This document shows positions 9,752 to 22,575 of a DNA stretch of 64,000 nucleotides, in pieces. How positions within the stretch are numbered: the first letter of the stretch is position 1; the number at the start of each line of letters is the position of its first letter. A program made the position numbers and the translations under genes. The stretch spans positions 124,001-188,000 of the forward strand of contig NW_026922193.1 of NCBI RefSeq assembly GCF_032062105.1, read 5' to 3'. This stretch comes from Saccostrea cucullata (Eukaryota). Below the pieces are notes generated by a model. That model made no database searches. It was not told the origin of the DNA and saw only the letters and a list, made by a program, of their open reading frames with translations.

Positions 9752-11299
9752 AACTGCATATGTGAAGTTTCATACCTGATATATAACACGTTACACAAGT
9801 ATGTGAGAACTGCAATTGACATCATCTGATCATTAATTCTATGATATTAAATTACAAAATTAGAAAAGTAACCACCATATTTTGATCAGTAGGCTTTAGT
9901 GAGAACTGCATGATTGATATAAACAGCTGACACTATTAAAACTGCAAACAAATGTAAACAAACGGTGAAACCTTGAATCCTTTATCCAGGTACACATGTT
10001 TATGTGTAGAGGAAATTCGGAAGAATTTCTTGTGCATACACACGAGTACGGATAGAATTAAATTTAGTCTGCTCTTGGTATTTGAAAAAAAAACAGATAT
10101 GGTTCTCACAAATCACTGGGTATTGATAAGTAAGAATGATGACTTTTATACGCGTTACTCTGCATATGCATGCATAGTAGAATACCTTACAAGTAGGAAC
10201 GAACTATAGCACACCTGCATTTTCTCTTCAATTTAAAACATGCTATTAACAGCATTTGACAAACATGTCCTAAAATATTTAGGCATTTTGTGCTACAGGT
10301 AATCGAAAAAATAAATCAAATTCTACTTACGAGTGTTTTTGTTTACTAAATCAATGTATGTGGGTTAATCTTGACCGACATAAACTACTCCCTTCCACGT
10401 GGAAACATGTTTACAAAATCGAGAGGTGCTGTTTTGACACTTTAAAGTGCAATAGCACATGACAAAATAAGAAACTGCAAATCTACTTTCACTTTTCAGG
10501 TAAAGAAACGTTTGTTTTTCAACTTTTTGCAATTTACAAATCTTATAAATCGAGATAACATAAAGTTTTACCTCTTTTTTCATGTTGAATTTCTCTCTCG
10601 AATTTCACTTCTAGCATGTTGGTCTCGCTGAATTCTCGCGAGGAAAGCTGTTCGGGCGTTTACGGATTTTATTCATATTTTATTACGTTTATCTCCGAAT
10701 TCTTCCGATTTATGCTAATGAGGTTAGGAGGTGTTATATTACCTCGATTAAGAAATTGTTCGTAGGAAGAGCATGCTCTAGCATATTAAATCAACTAAGA
10801 AATATAAACCACGTTTGCAGGTGTTAAGGGTTAGGTTGCAACATAAACGAATGAATAGTTGAAGTCATCACGTTTATCATAAAGCATTATAATTATATAA
10901 CCATTATGTATTTTTCTAGTAGAATATCCTAATATAAATCAGATAGGTCAGACTCTGTGGTATCTTTCATTTCAATTTCAAAGGGACATCTATCGAATCG
11001 ACAAATGAATGTAAATGAATAGTCGGTTACTAATAATTGAAAAAGACATTGATTTAATGAGTGCACCGCTATTAATTAAGTAACGAATTTTCAGTACGAT
11101 CAATGGCGCTTCTTATCCCATTGCTTCAAATGCGTTTGATAAGTGAGCACTGTTTAGTGTATACAGGAATAAAAAAATTAAAACAAACTTAAGTATTTTT
11201 GGATTGATCTATTCAAATATAAAGAAAAGTCATGCTTAATTGTCATATTAATTCAAGATATAGGATTTAAGTTTCACACAATAATATATATTATAGTAC

Positions 11300-14200
11300 G
11301 AAGGGGCTGATAGAAGTAGTGCTTTGTAGTTGGCTTTAGCTAGTTGCTTGGTACATTTTGCTTTTAGCAGCTTGGTGTTGGTGGCCTATAAGCTTTCAAC
11401 TTTCAGTTCTGTCAGGCTCTCTCCACAGCTGTCTCGGAGCACCGGTCGGAGTACGTTCTGATATTAGGTTATCTTCACAAGTGCACGACAACGGTTCTCG
11501 CCCGCCCTCCCGGGGAACGCAGCTTCGCGGCTGTTAGTAGCAGACTCAGTAATGAGGTCATGTGCTCAGGGATAGGTATCCCTTAAAGTCTATGGCATGC
11601 ATGACCCACCGGCGTGTGGATATGATCTGGTGCCAAGACAAATACCTAGTGACCTATCACTTAAAACAGGCGTAGTGTTTTCTGCGTTACCTATCTACAT
11701 AGGAAGAAACTTCTGATTCTGCTTGAATCAAAGAATGGATGCGAAGAAAGGATCTCATTTCAATTCGGCCCAAAGTATTCACTTGAGGAGTAGCGACCCA
11801 AGTGAATTATCATCGCTTCGTAAACCAACCATGAACACGTCTCGTAAGCCGAATCCTATACTTCCAGCTCCGGGAGTGAGCAGGAACCCTACCATCAATA
11901 CTGAAGCTAGTCGCTCGCAACAGCGACGGAATGAAGATGTCGCCATAAACCGGAACTCTCGGGGGTAGCATCTGAGAACAGTGGACGTATGAAGGCATTT
12001 TTACGTTGTAATGAAACAACTAATATTGCAGTCTACAATGTCAACACACTACTTGATGAAGATAAGAGGTGGGAATAACAGCATTGCAGCCATTTGCAAC
12101 ACATAGGAATTCTCGGTGTGCAGGAGCATCGCATCATACACTCTGACCCAATTGAGTACATCAAGTTTGACACAAGCACTCTAGTGAATTCATCTGGATG
12201 GAGAAACAAATCCCAAGCAGCACAAGGTGGAGTTGGACTCCTCTTAGATAGGAAAGCTAGAAAATCTCTACTGAAAGTGGTCCCATCTAAGAGTGGAAGA
12301 ATACTAGTGGCTGAATTTGATGGAAATCCTCTTACAACCATCCTAGTTATTTATGCACCTACCAACTATGCAGAGGAATCTGTCATCGAGGAATTCTACA
12401 CAGAGCTAAGAAACGTACTCCAGGATGTACCAGCCCACAACTTCCTTGCACTCATGGGAGATTTCAATGCTAGACTGGGCCCTGAACATGTACCTCATCC
12501 ATTTCATGAGTTAACAAATAGAAGTGGAAACTATCTTGCTGAAATTCTCGTTGAATTCGGTCTACTAGCAGTAAACACACAGTTTAAGAAGCGCCCTGGA
12601 AAACTTTGGACATTCAAATGTAGAGCATCCAACACACTGAGACAACTTGACTACATTCTTGTTCGTCAAAAATGGAGAAATAGCGTTCATAATGCAGAAG
12701 CGTACAACTCCTTTAGCACAGTGAAGTCTGACCATAGAATAGTGTCTGCAAAGATCAAGCTCAGTCTGAGAACCTAAAAAACAGCCCAGAAAGTCAAATA
12801 CGACTGGAAACAGTTCTCCAGCAATCCTGAGCTTCAGCAAAAATACACAGTCGCTGTTAAGAACAGATTTCAGATTCTGACTGATGAGAGCAACAGCGAA
12901 AGATACGAAAAGTTTGTAAAAGCCAATCAAGGAGCAATGAAAGAATGTCTCCCAAAACGAGTTAAAATCAAGAAATCACTCAGGTCATCAGACGCCAGAG
13001 TCTCTGAAGCTCGCCAAAAAGCACAAGAAGCCCAGAGGCAATATGAGTCATCTAAAACCGACGTGGACAAAGATCTCTGGTCTGTAGCAGTAAATAACCT
13101 TTATCAAGCATACAAGCTGGCACAAGAAGAAGAATTAGCAAAACAGATACAAGGTATTGAAACTGCACATGGAGAGCAAAGATATGGAGAGGCATGGAAA
13201 GTCGTTAATGAGATCACTGGTAGAAAAAAAGCAAAGGAAGGACAGGTAGCCGGAAGTAGCCCTGAAGAGAGAGTCAGCACATGGTTTACGCACTTCAAGA
13301 ATCTCTTAGAAAATCAACCTGATGTAGACGAGCCTGAGGAGGAAATTCCAAAGGTGTTCGATGATATCGACATCAATGATGAACCCTTCACTCTGGCTGA
13401 ATACAGAAAAGTAAAGTCCTCCCTGAAGCTAGGCAAGGCAGCAGGTCCGGATGAAATCTCCCCGGAAGTCTTCAAACTGTGTGACTTTGATCGTGTTTGT
13501 TTAGATTTCTGTAATGATGCACTCGTCAACAATGACAAACCAGATACATGGTCATTCATGAACATTGTAACTGTGCCCAAGTCTGGCGACCTATCGAAGA
13601 CTGATAACTACAGAGGCATCAGCTTGATATGCATCATAGCCAAGATTTACAATCGGCTCATACTAAATCGTATCAGGAGTGCCATCGATCTACGTCTCAG
13701 AAAAAATCAGAATGGTTTTCGCCCTGGAAGAACAACAGTAGCACAGATTCTTGCCCTCCGTCCAATAATCGAAGGTGTCAAAGCCAATAACTTGAAAACA
13801 ATCTTTACCTTTATAGACTTTCGGAAAGCTTTTGACTCCATACATGTACACAGAGGTAAGATGATTCGCATACTCAAGGCATATGGAATTCCGCCCATTC
13901 TTCTTCGAGCAATCGAAAAGATGTATACTAATACCATGGCCAAGATCGTAACACCTGATGGAGAAACTGGTATGTTTGAAATAACTGCTTGAGTTTTGCA
14001 GGGAGATACCTTAGCACCATTCTTATTTATCATAGTACTGGACTATGCACTGAGAAAAGCCATCTCTGGAAATGAAAATGAATTGGGTTTCACCATACTG
14101 CCTAGAAAATCCAGAAGACATCCAAAACAAGTTCTTACAGAACTTGATTTTGCTGACGACATTTCCTTATTATCAGATGAAATCGTCCAAGCACAGGAAC

Positions 14201-14300
14201 TGTTATCTAGAGTAGAGCGGGAGTGTAAGAAAGTTGGGCTATGTATCAATGCCAAGAAGACAAAAGTCCTCCCCTTCAATACTGACAACCCTACTCAATT
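11300..14300 (+). mobile_element. RTE-like non-LTR retrotransposon, inactivated and 3'-truncated
   Basis: GC-richer 5' leader (boundary approximate) followed by an APE+RT frame; interrupted at ~14300 by a Penelope-like fragment. Confidence 0.85.
11989..14300 (+). pseudogene. APE endonuclease + reverse transcriptase ORF with three in-frame stops
   Basis: One frame containing YNVNTL, GVQEHR, GGVGLLL, YAPT, GDFNA, LDYILV, SDHRIV, NYRGISL, QNGFR, DFRKAFDS, QGDTLAPFLF and FADD; stops at ~12076, 12775 and 13990. Confidence 0.88.
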
Positions 14301-14760
14301 AATAATGGTAATATTTTCATTCCTTCGTCGATACGATATATCCTGGTGAGCTTGAGATAAAAGATACCACAGAGTCTGACACATCTGTTTCATACCTGGA
14401 TATTTTACTTGAGAAAGACGTTAATGGTAATCTACCAACTAAGCAATATGATAAACGTGATGACTTTAACTTTTTTATCGTCAACTTTCCTTACTTATGC
14501 AGGAATATACCTTCATCACCTGCATACGGAGTATATATATGTATATCTCAGTTACTAATTGTTAGTCCATTATTTAAACACTGAATTTCCCGATCCTGAC
14601 ATGGAGCTCACGGCGGGTGTGACCGCTCAGCAGGGGATGCTCACTCCTCAATGGCATCTGATCCCACCTCAGAGGTTTTTGTGGTCCGTGTTTGCTCAAC
14701 TCCTAATTTGTTTTGTTTTATGGACTTTGATATTGAATACTGTTTGTTATCTCCATATCC
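14301..14760 (+). mobile_element. Penelope-like retroelement 3' fragment
   Basis: Encodes IYPGELEIKDTTES and YDKRDDFNF..VNFPYL..NIPSSPAYGVY; carries the family 3' tail CGGCGGGTGTGACC...GGGGATGCTCACTCCTC. Confidence 0.75.
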
Positions 14761-14842
14761 TTCTTCTACTGTTTATTGTTCATGAGTGTGGTATAAAATA
14801 TTTATAAATTTTAAACAATGTTCGCTGGCATTATTTTCTAAA

Positions 14843-15052
14843 TACTGTAGAAGTACTTTTATCCGCGTGATATTAATTTACGCTATGTACGCGGTCGCAG
14901 ATTAACCGCGGAAATTTGTCCAAGCGTTCTTAATATAAATACAAGGCATATATTGATAGTCTAGGAAATCCGCGTAATTTTCTACACGCGGATTAAACAG
15001 AAATTGAGATTCCGCGGAATTATGACCCCGTGAAAAAAATACCTCTACAGTA
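14843..15052. mobile_element. TA-flanked MITE (TACTGTAG...CTACAGTA)
   Basis: Imperfect terminal inverted repeats; similar ~200-bp elements at 17505-17700 and 31288-31495. Confidence 0.6.
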
Positions 15053-15855
15053 CATGGTTCAGAAAAGGACATGTGAGTGTGACATCCACTATTGAATCAT
15101 GGGAAATATGGTTGTTTTAAAGTTGATTATTTTGATAAAGGGAAGAACACAATTAATAATTTAAAGAAATCAATGCACATTCTTTCTTTAATAAAACAAT
15201 GAATATAAAAACATAATACAAGCTAAGTTTTTGTTTAATTAAACGATCAAAACAAAAAGCGTCTCTGGAATATCACTCAAAAATATGTCAATTCTATTGT
15301 AATTTTTTATAGAAGCAACTTTTTATTATATAACTTCAGCAGTTACAGATGAATAACTGTTCAAAGCAATATCAATTACATTCAAAACTACAAAGACATC
15401 TTGAATAGCTTTAATTATATCTTCAGATAATAAATTAAATGCGACACATAACTGAATAGGTCACTCAAAAGTAGCATATAGATGCCATTAAAACTCTACC
15501 GATTTTTTACTTTTTGGTTTCATGTGTTTTCTTTAACGTCCATATTTCTGAAATAGATTAATCAGATCAAAAGAGAGTATGATAGCCATAAATAAATTGA
15601 TAACCACTGCTCCTACATATCCAATTCCTTTAGCTGATGCTCTACTGTCCTCTGCACAAGAGGTCTTCCTAACTTCTGAAGATAATTCGGATTTATTTAC
15701 CCTTAATTGTTTGATTAAACACAATCCAAAAATAAAAGGGAAAATCAAAATTCCCTTTTTTTCACCCAAGGTTTACAATCTGAAGTCATTTTGGTCTTAA
15801 AATCCATATATGTTTCTCCACAAGTTCCCTTTTTGAAGATTTTTTTTAAGTATAT

Positions 15856-16686
15856 GAGGAACGTTCCTCTTTCTACACTTCAGATGCATTTGTTATCACC
15901 AAACATTTGAGGAACGTTCCTCTCTTTCTCTACACTTCAGATGCATTTGTTATGACCAGACATTTGAGGAACGTCCCTCTCTCTGACCTTCATATGCATT
16001 TGTTATGACCAGACATTTGAGGAACGTTCCTCTCTCTAAACTAAGATGAATTTATTATTACCAGACATTTGAGTAACGTTCCTCTCTTACATGTGCACAT
16101 ACAGTGTGTATTTTTAAATACTTTAAGAATCTTAACACATGAGACATTTGAGGAACGTTCCTCTCTCAAATTCACTTGTTTGTGAAGACATCTCATGAAT
16201 GGTCAAACATCAGGCATTTGAGGAACGTTCCTTGCTCGAATTTAATTATTACTGTAGGCATCTCATGGATTATCAAATATCAAGCATTTGAGGAACGTTC
16301 CTCTCACAAATGGTTGTCTCATGAATTGTCAAACATTAGGCATTGAGGAACGTTCCTCACTTAAATTTAACATTGTTCACACATGATACTTACATGTATG
16401 AGGAACGTTCCTCTCTCAGATTTGTATATGTCTACCTTAATCATATTAAACCAGGCATTTGAAGAACGCTCTTCTCTCAGATTTGTATATGTTGATACCT
16501 TATTCATATTAAATCAGGCATTTGAGGAACGTTCCTCTCACAAATGGTTGTATTTCTGTTGATTACTTATACCTCATGAAGCTTGCAACCCGTGCATTCG
16601 AGGAACGTTCCTCTGTCTTTTAATGGATATCTGTTGATACATTACAAAGCCCACTTAAAAATAACATTGGAGGAACGTCCCTCTCT
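15856..16686. repeat. Array of 14 palindromic GAGGAACGTTCCTC cores with variable spacers
   Basis: Core context CATTTGAGGAACGTTCCTCTC; period about 52-80 bp. Confidence 0.9.
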
Positions 16687-17504
16687 AACATTATCATGTG
16701 TTTTGTCATATAATATCAGTTTTTATCGTACATGAAGAATTTGGGAAATATTTCTCTCTTTTATATGAAATGCAGTACATATTCATAGAAACATTTTTTA
16801 TCTGTACACACTCTACAAAATATATATGAAAAATCAGTTTGTCATTTTATAAAGTACTTTTTGAATTAAGGCTTTCTTAAAGCATAATATAAACAAGGTA
16901 CAGGAACAAACAAATATTTCACTTCGGAACAAGCATGTGCAATGTGCAGTGTTAATGTATCAACACAAAGGGCTTTTTCACTGAATGGCAGTTGATCACA
17001 TATTACAATGTCTTGGTTAACAGGTTAATACCCACAGTATTTCCCTTTCTACCATGAAATTAAGCCAAAATTGTTGATGAAGGTCAATAATGTTTCTTTG
17101 TCGGTTACATCTTTCCCTCATAAAAGAGACGATTCCAATTCCTTGGTCTCCAAAGGTTCATAGCATTTTTTCATCAGTCACAGTGAAACAGCCTCAACAA
17201 GTTTCTTGGGTGTCATCTTCTGAAGGAAAAATCTCACATTCAGTACAGCGGCATGTCGTATTATCAAAGATGTGATTCAGGCAAAGTTAGAATAGTCGAA
17301 ACAAATTGAATATGTACATAGTAACAAGTTTTGGTGTCTCATCTAAAAATTAAATAGACTGGAAAAATCGATAAAAAAAATTGCAAAACTTAAATTAAAA
17401 TTTTGAACTTTAAATTGCCCATGAATTATGAAAGCATTTTCATGCTGTACTAAGAATATAGCAAAATTGACACTTTCTATCTTTCTCATACTATTTTAAT
17501 GAAA

Positions 17505-17700
17505 TACTGTAAATGTTTTATATTTAGAGTGTACAATATTTGGCGGAAATTGATATTTAAACAAGTTAGCAAAGGTTTGATTTAGCGCATTTTAATGTTC
17601 TTTGTTTAAGACATTTAGCGTTGTACTTAAATTAGCGGATGTTTCTTTCCACCAAAAACGCTAAAAAGAATACACCGCCAAATGTTACACGTTTACAGTA
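17505..17700. mobile_element. TA-flanked MITE (TACTGTAAA...TTTACAGTA)
   Basis: Terminal inverted repeats. Confidence 0.55.
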
Positions 17701-18947
17701 ATAACTCTGATTTGCAAATTTTGTCTGAGAAAAAAAATTCTCCTTTATATCTTGCAATGTAAATTATAATAATATATAGGTCTTAAAGCCCCATACTCCT
17801 CCAATGAACATTTTATATACATGTATGATAATATAAGTCATCAAATTTTTAAAAGTTTAATTTATTTCTCCTTTTCCATAGTACATGCAGCTGTCAAATA
17901 ATATTTCATGGGTTTTATTAATGTATTCTTTAATTTACAAGAACCTATTTTCATTCTGAATCTTAATTTGTATATATAGTAGTACTACTGTGTATTTCTT
18001 TAAACCGAAGAATTGATTCTATAATAGGGATTTGTCTAGTAACCCTAATTCCTGCATCATTCTTTACTTTAAAGATAAAGACTTTGAGACCTTGATGTCT
18101 TCCTGCCCCCAGTTCACAGTGTAATTGTTATTAATCACTGCCAATCATACATGCTCATGGAACACTAGCTATAGGCGATCAGCTCTGGCAACTATCTGTC
18201 CCCTGTGACTTCATGGACAGTAAAGATCAGTGCTGATGCTATGATGACTTGATCGTGTTATAGATAAACATGTCTCTGCAGTCAGAAGATTGAAGTAATT
18301 TACATTGTAGAACAGAACTCAAACAGTGAGAGAATTTAGATCTTGTTAGAATTTTAAATTTTACTCCCTTAAGATTTGGATAGTTTCAATATATTTAAAA
18401 AACAAAAAATGTAATGAAATTTATATACACTGTAAAACTTTACTAATTATTCTGGTTCGGGAATAACAAATTTCAGGCTAAAATCTGGTTTGTACATATT
18501 AAATGCAAAGAAACATTCCACATAATTATTTTGTAAAAAAAAAAAATAATAAAAATAAATAATAATGTGAAAACAGCATCTCCTGCACTTAATTGTCAGA
18601 TCTTAAGGAAGCAGGAATAAGAATCCATATTTCCAAAAAAAAAAACCTTAAAAAATGTTTTATTGATTTAGAATATTTTATTAAATTATTAGCACATGTA
18701 TTAAAAGAAATGTTGTACTGAGTCATAGTGATACAATTGTTTGTTTTATTGATTGGCATTTGCTCATCCCCCTTCCCCCTTTTCAATGTTAGATACTTTG
18801 ATAATGAAACTATCTTTGATTTAATTGTTAATTTCAGAAACATGCACTCTGAATTTCACAGATTTCCTATATCTTGGATTGCAGTGTGGTTCATTTGGGA
18901 TTAAATAATTTAGCCAGCTGCAGCAAGGTCAAAAGTCTATGTTATCT

Positions 18948-19028
18948 TATCTTCGCTAGCCAAGGGTTTCTGATAGCCTACTCTCATGAGGAGAGTATCA
19001 TATCAGAAACCCTTGGCTAGCGAAGATG
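18948..19028. mobile_element. 81-bp hairpin MITE with 9-bp TSD
   Basis: 27-bp perfect inverted arms ATCTTCGCTAGCCAAGGGTTTCTGATA; TSD ATGTTATCT at 18939-18947 and 19029-19037. Confidence 0.8.
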
Positions 19029-21789
19029 ATGTTATCTGTAAAACTTGAGGTCAATTTATATAACCCTGGTCTTAGCAGCTTTCATTATGTAGAAATAATT
19101 TAAGAAGATTTTCTTCAACTCTTTGAAATTACATTCACTAACACTGGAACACTGAGTTTTAGGAATAAGAATTTCATTGGTGTACATATCAGGCATGTGT
19201 TGTAAAAATAAACCTCTCTAATGAAACTGAATAGTGCATTTTTTCTCAGCTTTAACCTAATAAATAAATAATAACAAAATTACGGTTATATGCATAAAAT
19301 GATGGAAGTATCAACTAGTGAAACTGTAACTCGTATTTTTAGTAATACTATTTTTCTTTTATCAGGGACGGGACACTGAGTACACATTTAGACAATTAGA
19401 TCTGCCGATCGACCATGCATTTAACATGTATAACTAATATACAATTTTTTTTAGATCTGAAGTATAAATACTTAGTTATAATTAAATAATATATATACTT
19501 AAGTTATTGTTAAAGTATTTAACTAATCCTTAACAATAGGTATATGTATGAATATAAACAAGATACCACCTTTGGATTTTTTTTTCTAAGAATAAAATAT
19601 TTTTTTCACTGGGATAGTGATGAAGGACAACTAAAAGAAACTTCATATTCACTCTATTTTGGACTGCATTCCATTTTGATTAATATTAAAAATCTGTTAA
19701 AACAATTAATGCAATACATAAAATGTGAGTTTGTATTTAATTAACTATTATTTTTTTTTTTAGAAAAGATTAATATATAGAATGATAAAAAAAACCCTTT
19801 GAGATAAAGGTTTTGTTATAAATGTTTCTTTAAATTGTACACGGGTACTTAAGCATTGATCATAATCCTTGCAGTTGACAACACAACAAAATTTGCCTAG
19901 AAATTTTATAAAAATAGAAAAAAAATCCCGGTAAATTGTTTCAAAAAAGTGTTTAAATCTTTTATAGTTAGTTTTTTTTAAATTCTAACCGCAGCATATA
20001 GTTTAAAAGGATACAATATTGATGATATTAATTTATTGAATTTGTGTCTTTTTTTTCCATAATATTTAAAGATAACCAATTTATAGTAAAATTTTTAACA
20101 TGTTTTTATAGCAGGGTATGATATTAGACAAGGTCACTATATTGCTAGCAAAGAAAAACACATGATTTCAATATATTAAGTACATGTACTCCTGTTCATA
20201 CACACAAGTAATAGAGCTAACGATATCTTGGGAAAGAATAAACATTTGACCAGTGACCACTTAGTGAAGACGATGAAGCGATAATTGTCTCAGAGTTTCA
20301 GATTTCAGCATTGGCCATACATAAACAAACTATACGGCCCTGTTTCATCTAAACACATTAATTCTTTGACACACTAGATTATTCCTTTGAGTCTCGTTAA
20401 GTGTGTTCTGCTCTACTCTAAAACCATCAGAATTAACAGTGCTGAGCATCTAGTGAAGCACGGATGATTTTTTGATTGAACTAGGTGAAACACAGCTATT
20501 GTTCTCTTTATCAGATCAATTAATGTTTGATTTAAAAAAAAAAGCAAAAAAGACACTGACTTGTCATATAAAATGTACCAGGTCTGTCTAAAACTTTAAT
20601 TCAAAATAGAGTGTACGTCTCTTATCAATACTGTATAGTTAATACATGGACATGTTAAATCATGCCAGTTTACAAATTAAAAAATATACCCGTTAATACA
20701 AATTAAAAACACTACATAAATATGTATATTTTGCATATTTTTAGAAAGTATATAGGATAATTTCAGTGGCAAGGGGGGGGGGGATTATTTTTAAAGAGGC
20801 AAATTCTCAATCAAAGTTTCCTGTGTTAGGTGCCCCTAAACAAATCTTATCTTAAATTATTCCTTACATCCTAACCTATCAAAATATCACAATTTTATTT
20901 AGGGGCAAGCCTGCCCTGGTGGACTTCAAGGCCAAAATTCATGCAAAAATCAACGCTTTCAAGGACAAAATGGTGTTTCGATCAACTTTGGAGGTTTATT
21001 GTAAAGTTGTAAATAATAAATTTTAGGTATAAAATACAAATTTAAAAAATTTAGACATATATACGGTAGAAAACAACAAATAAAGACTGATTTTTAAATG
21101 TCACTTTTTCCGGGAAATTGTTCTCTCCTATAGGTCAATTCTTTTGTTAAAGCGAATACATCCTTTGAACTTTCATGATCAATTAAACTAAAAAAGTATT
21201 AAAATTGTTTCAAATTCAATTCATTTATTGAGAACACCATTTCAAAAGAAAGACTTTGAAACAACCAAATATTTAGTATTATTTAAGAAAACAATATTGA
21301 ACAGGACGACAGTAATGTAATTTTGCATCATTAAGACTTTATTTATATTTCTTTTATTACAAATATGATCAATATAGGTTTATAAATGTTCTTTTTCTCT
21401 GTGCTTTAAATAGTTACTGACTATTTTGCAACAGAAAATTTCGACATCAAAGTTTCAGCTTATTTTGATTTAATTTTAAAAGAGCCTTTTAGAAAACTCA
21501 GATCTTTTAACTGGCGTCACAGTTTCATAAATATATATAATAGATTCTAATGAAGATTAAACCAGGCGATTGGCAAAATATGGAAAAATAGGCATTGGCA
21601 CGTTGTCTGAATGGAAACTGAAAGCAACTATTCCATTAAGGAGTGAAAAAACAATTAGATAGATTACTGATATAACACGGTCAGTATTTAATGCTGACAA
21701 AGCAGTAACAAAATTGTCTTTATTTTAAGACTCCTCAATTATATTCTAAGAGGAACTGTGATTTACTAGTGATTCTACTGGTGGTTATC

Positions 21790-22575
21790 CAACTTATACT
21801 CATAGATCCCTTTCTATAGAAGGAGGAAATTCTTCAAAATCACATGTCAATTTTTTAAGTATTTTTAATATTCTCAACAATCAATATGAACTTGATCTAT
21901 ATTGGATTCTCAAACTTGACAAACATCTTTACAAAGATTCTTAGCTGGTTTCAGTAAATGTTCTACAAAGCATTTTTCTTTACTCCTTACTAAGATATTA
22001 AGAGTAGTGAAGGAGAAAATTCAAGAGTATTATGCAACAATATATTCGATGAGTGGTGTAAATCAGATGAGAAGACTTAAAATATTAAGACACTTTTTGG
22101 AAATTTGAAATCGCAAAATTTTACCAAAATCGACAATATCAAAACTTACAACTTTATTCACAACTATTCCCGACGATAAATTAAAGTCTGGACTATTTGA
22201 TAGTATTGACAGTTGATTTTTAAATGGGAACTCGTAAGTTTACATACCTTGTCATTGGTTATTTCCAAAATTATTTTGTTAAAAACATTCTAATTGTACA
22301 CACAAGTACTCTGAAGTTGATATTAAAAAGATGCTTGAGTTTCTGATTGACAATATAAAGTATGTGGTTTTTGGAGACTAGGTCTTCCAGCAATCCTTTG
22401 GGATTCTTATTTCCTTTTTTATTTCGATACGATACATCCCGGTGAGCTTTAAATAATATATAACAGATTTTGATGCATCTCTTTCATAATTTGATATTTT
22501 GATTGAAAAAAAAAAACAATGATGATAATCAAATAATCAAGCTTTATCATGCTTATGATATATGTAAACGTGATG
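21790..22575 (+). mobile_element. Degenerate Penelope-like RT fragment
   Basis: Similar to 58140-59540 (HKYSEVDIKKMLEFLIDNI...VFGD.VFQQ). Confidence 0.65.

Noticed and set aside
10205-10830. TIR element bounded by ACACCTGCA/TGCAGGTGT
   Set aside because: The inverted match is short and no TSD could be established.
15856-16686. True CRISPR array
   Set aside because: Eukaryotic context, no cas genes, irregular spacer lengths, and neighbouring spacers are homologous to each other.
15300-17340. Decayed KDZ/CxC-type transposase flanking the palindrome array (minus-strand CG...DIVICD near 17000)
   Set aside because: Only a short motif amid stops and frameshifts; cannot be supported without a profile search.
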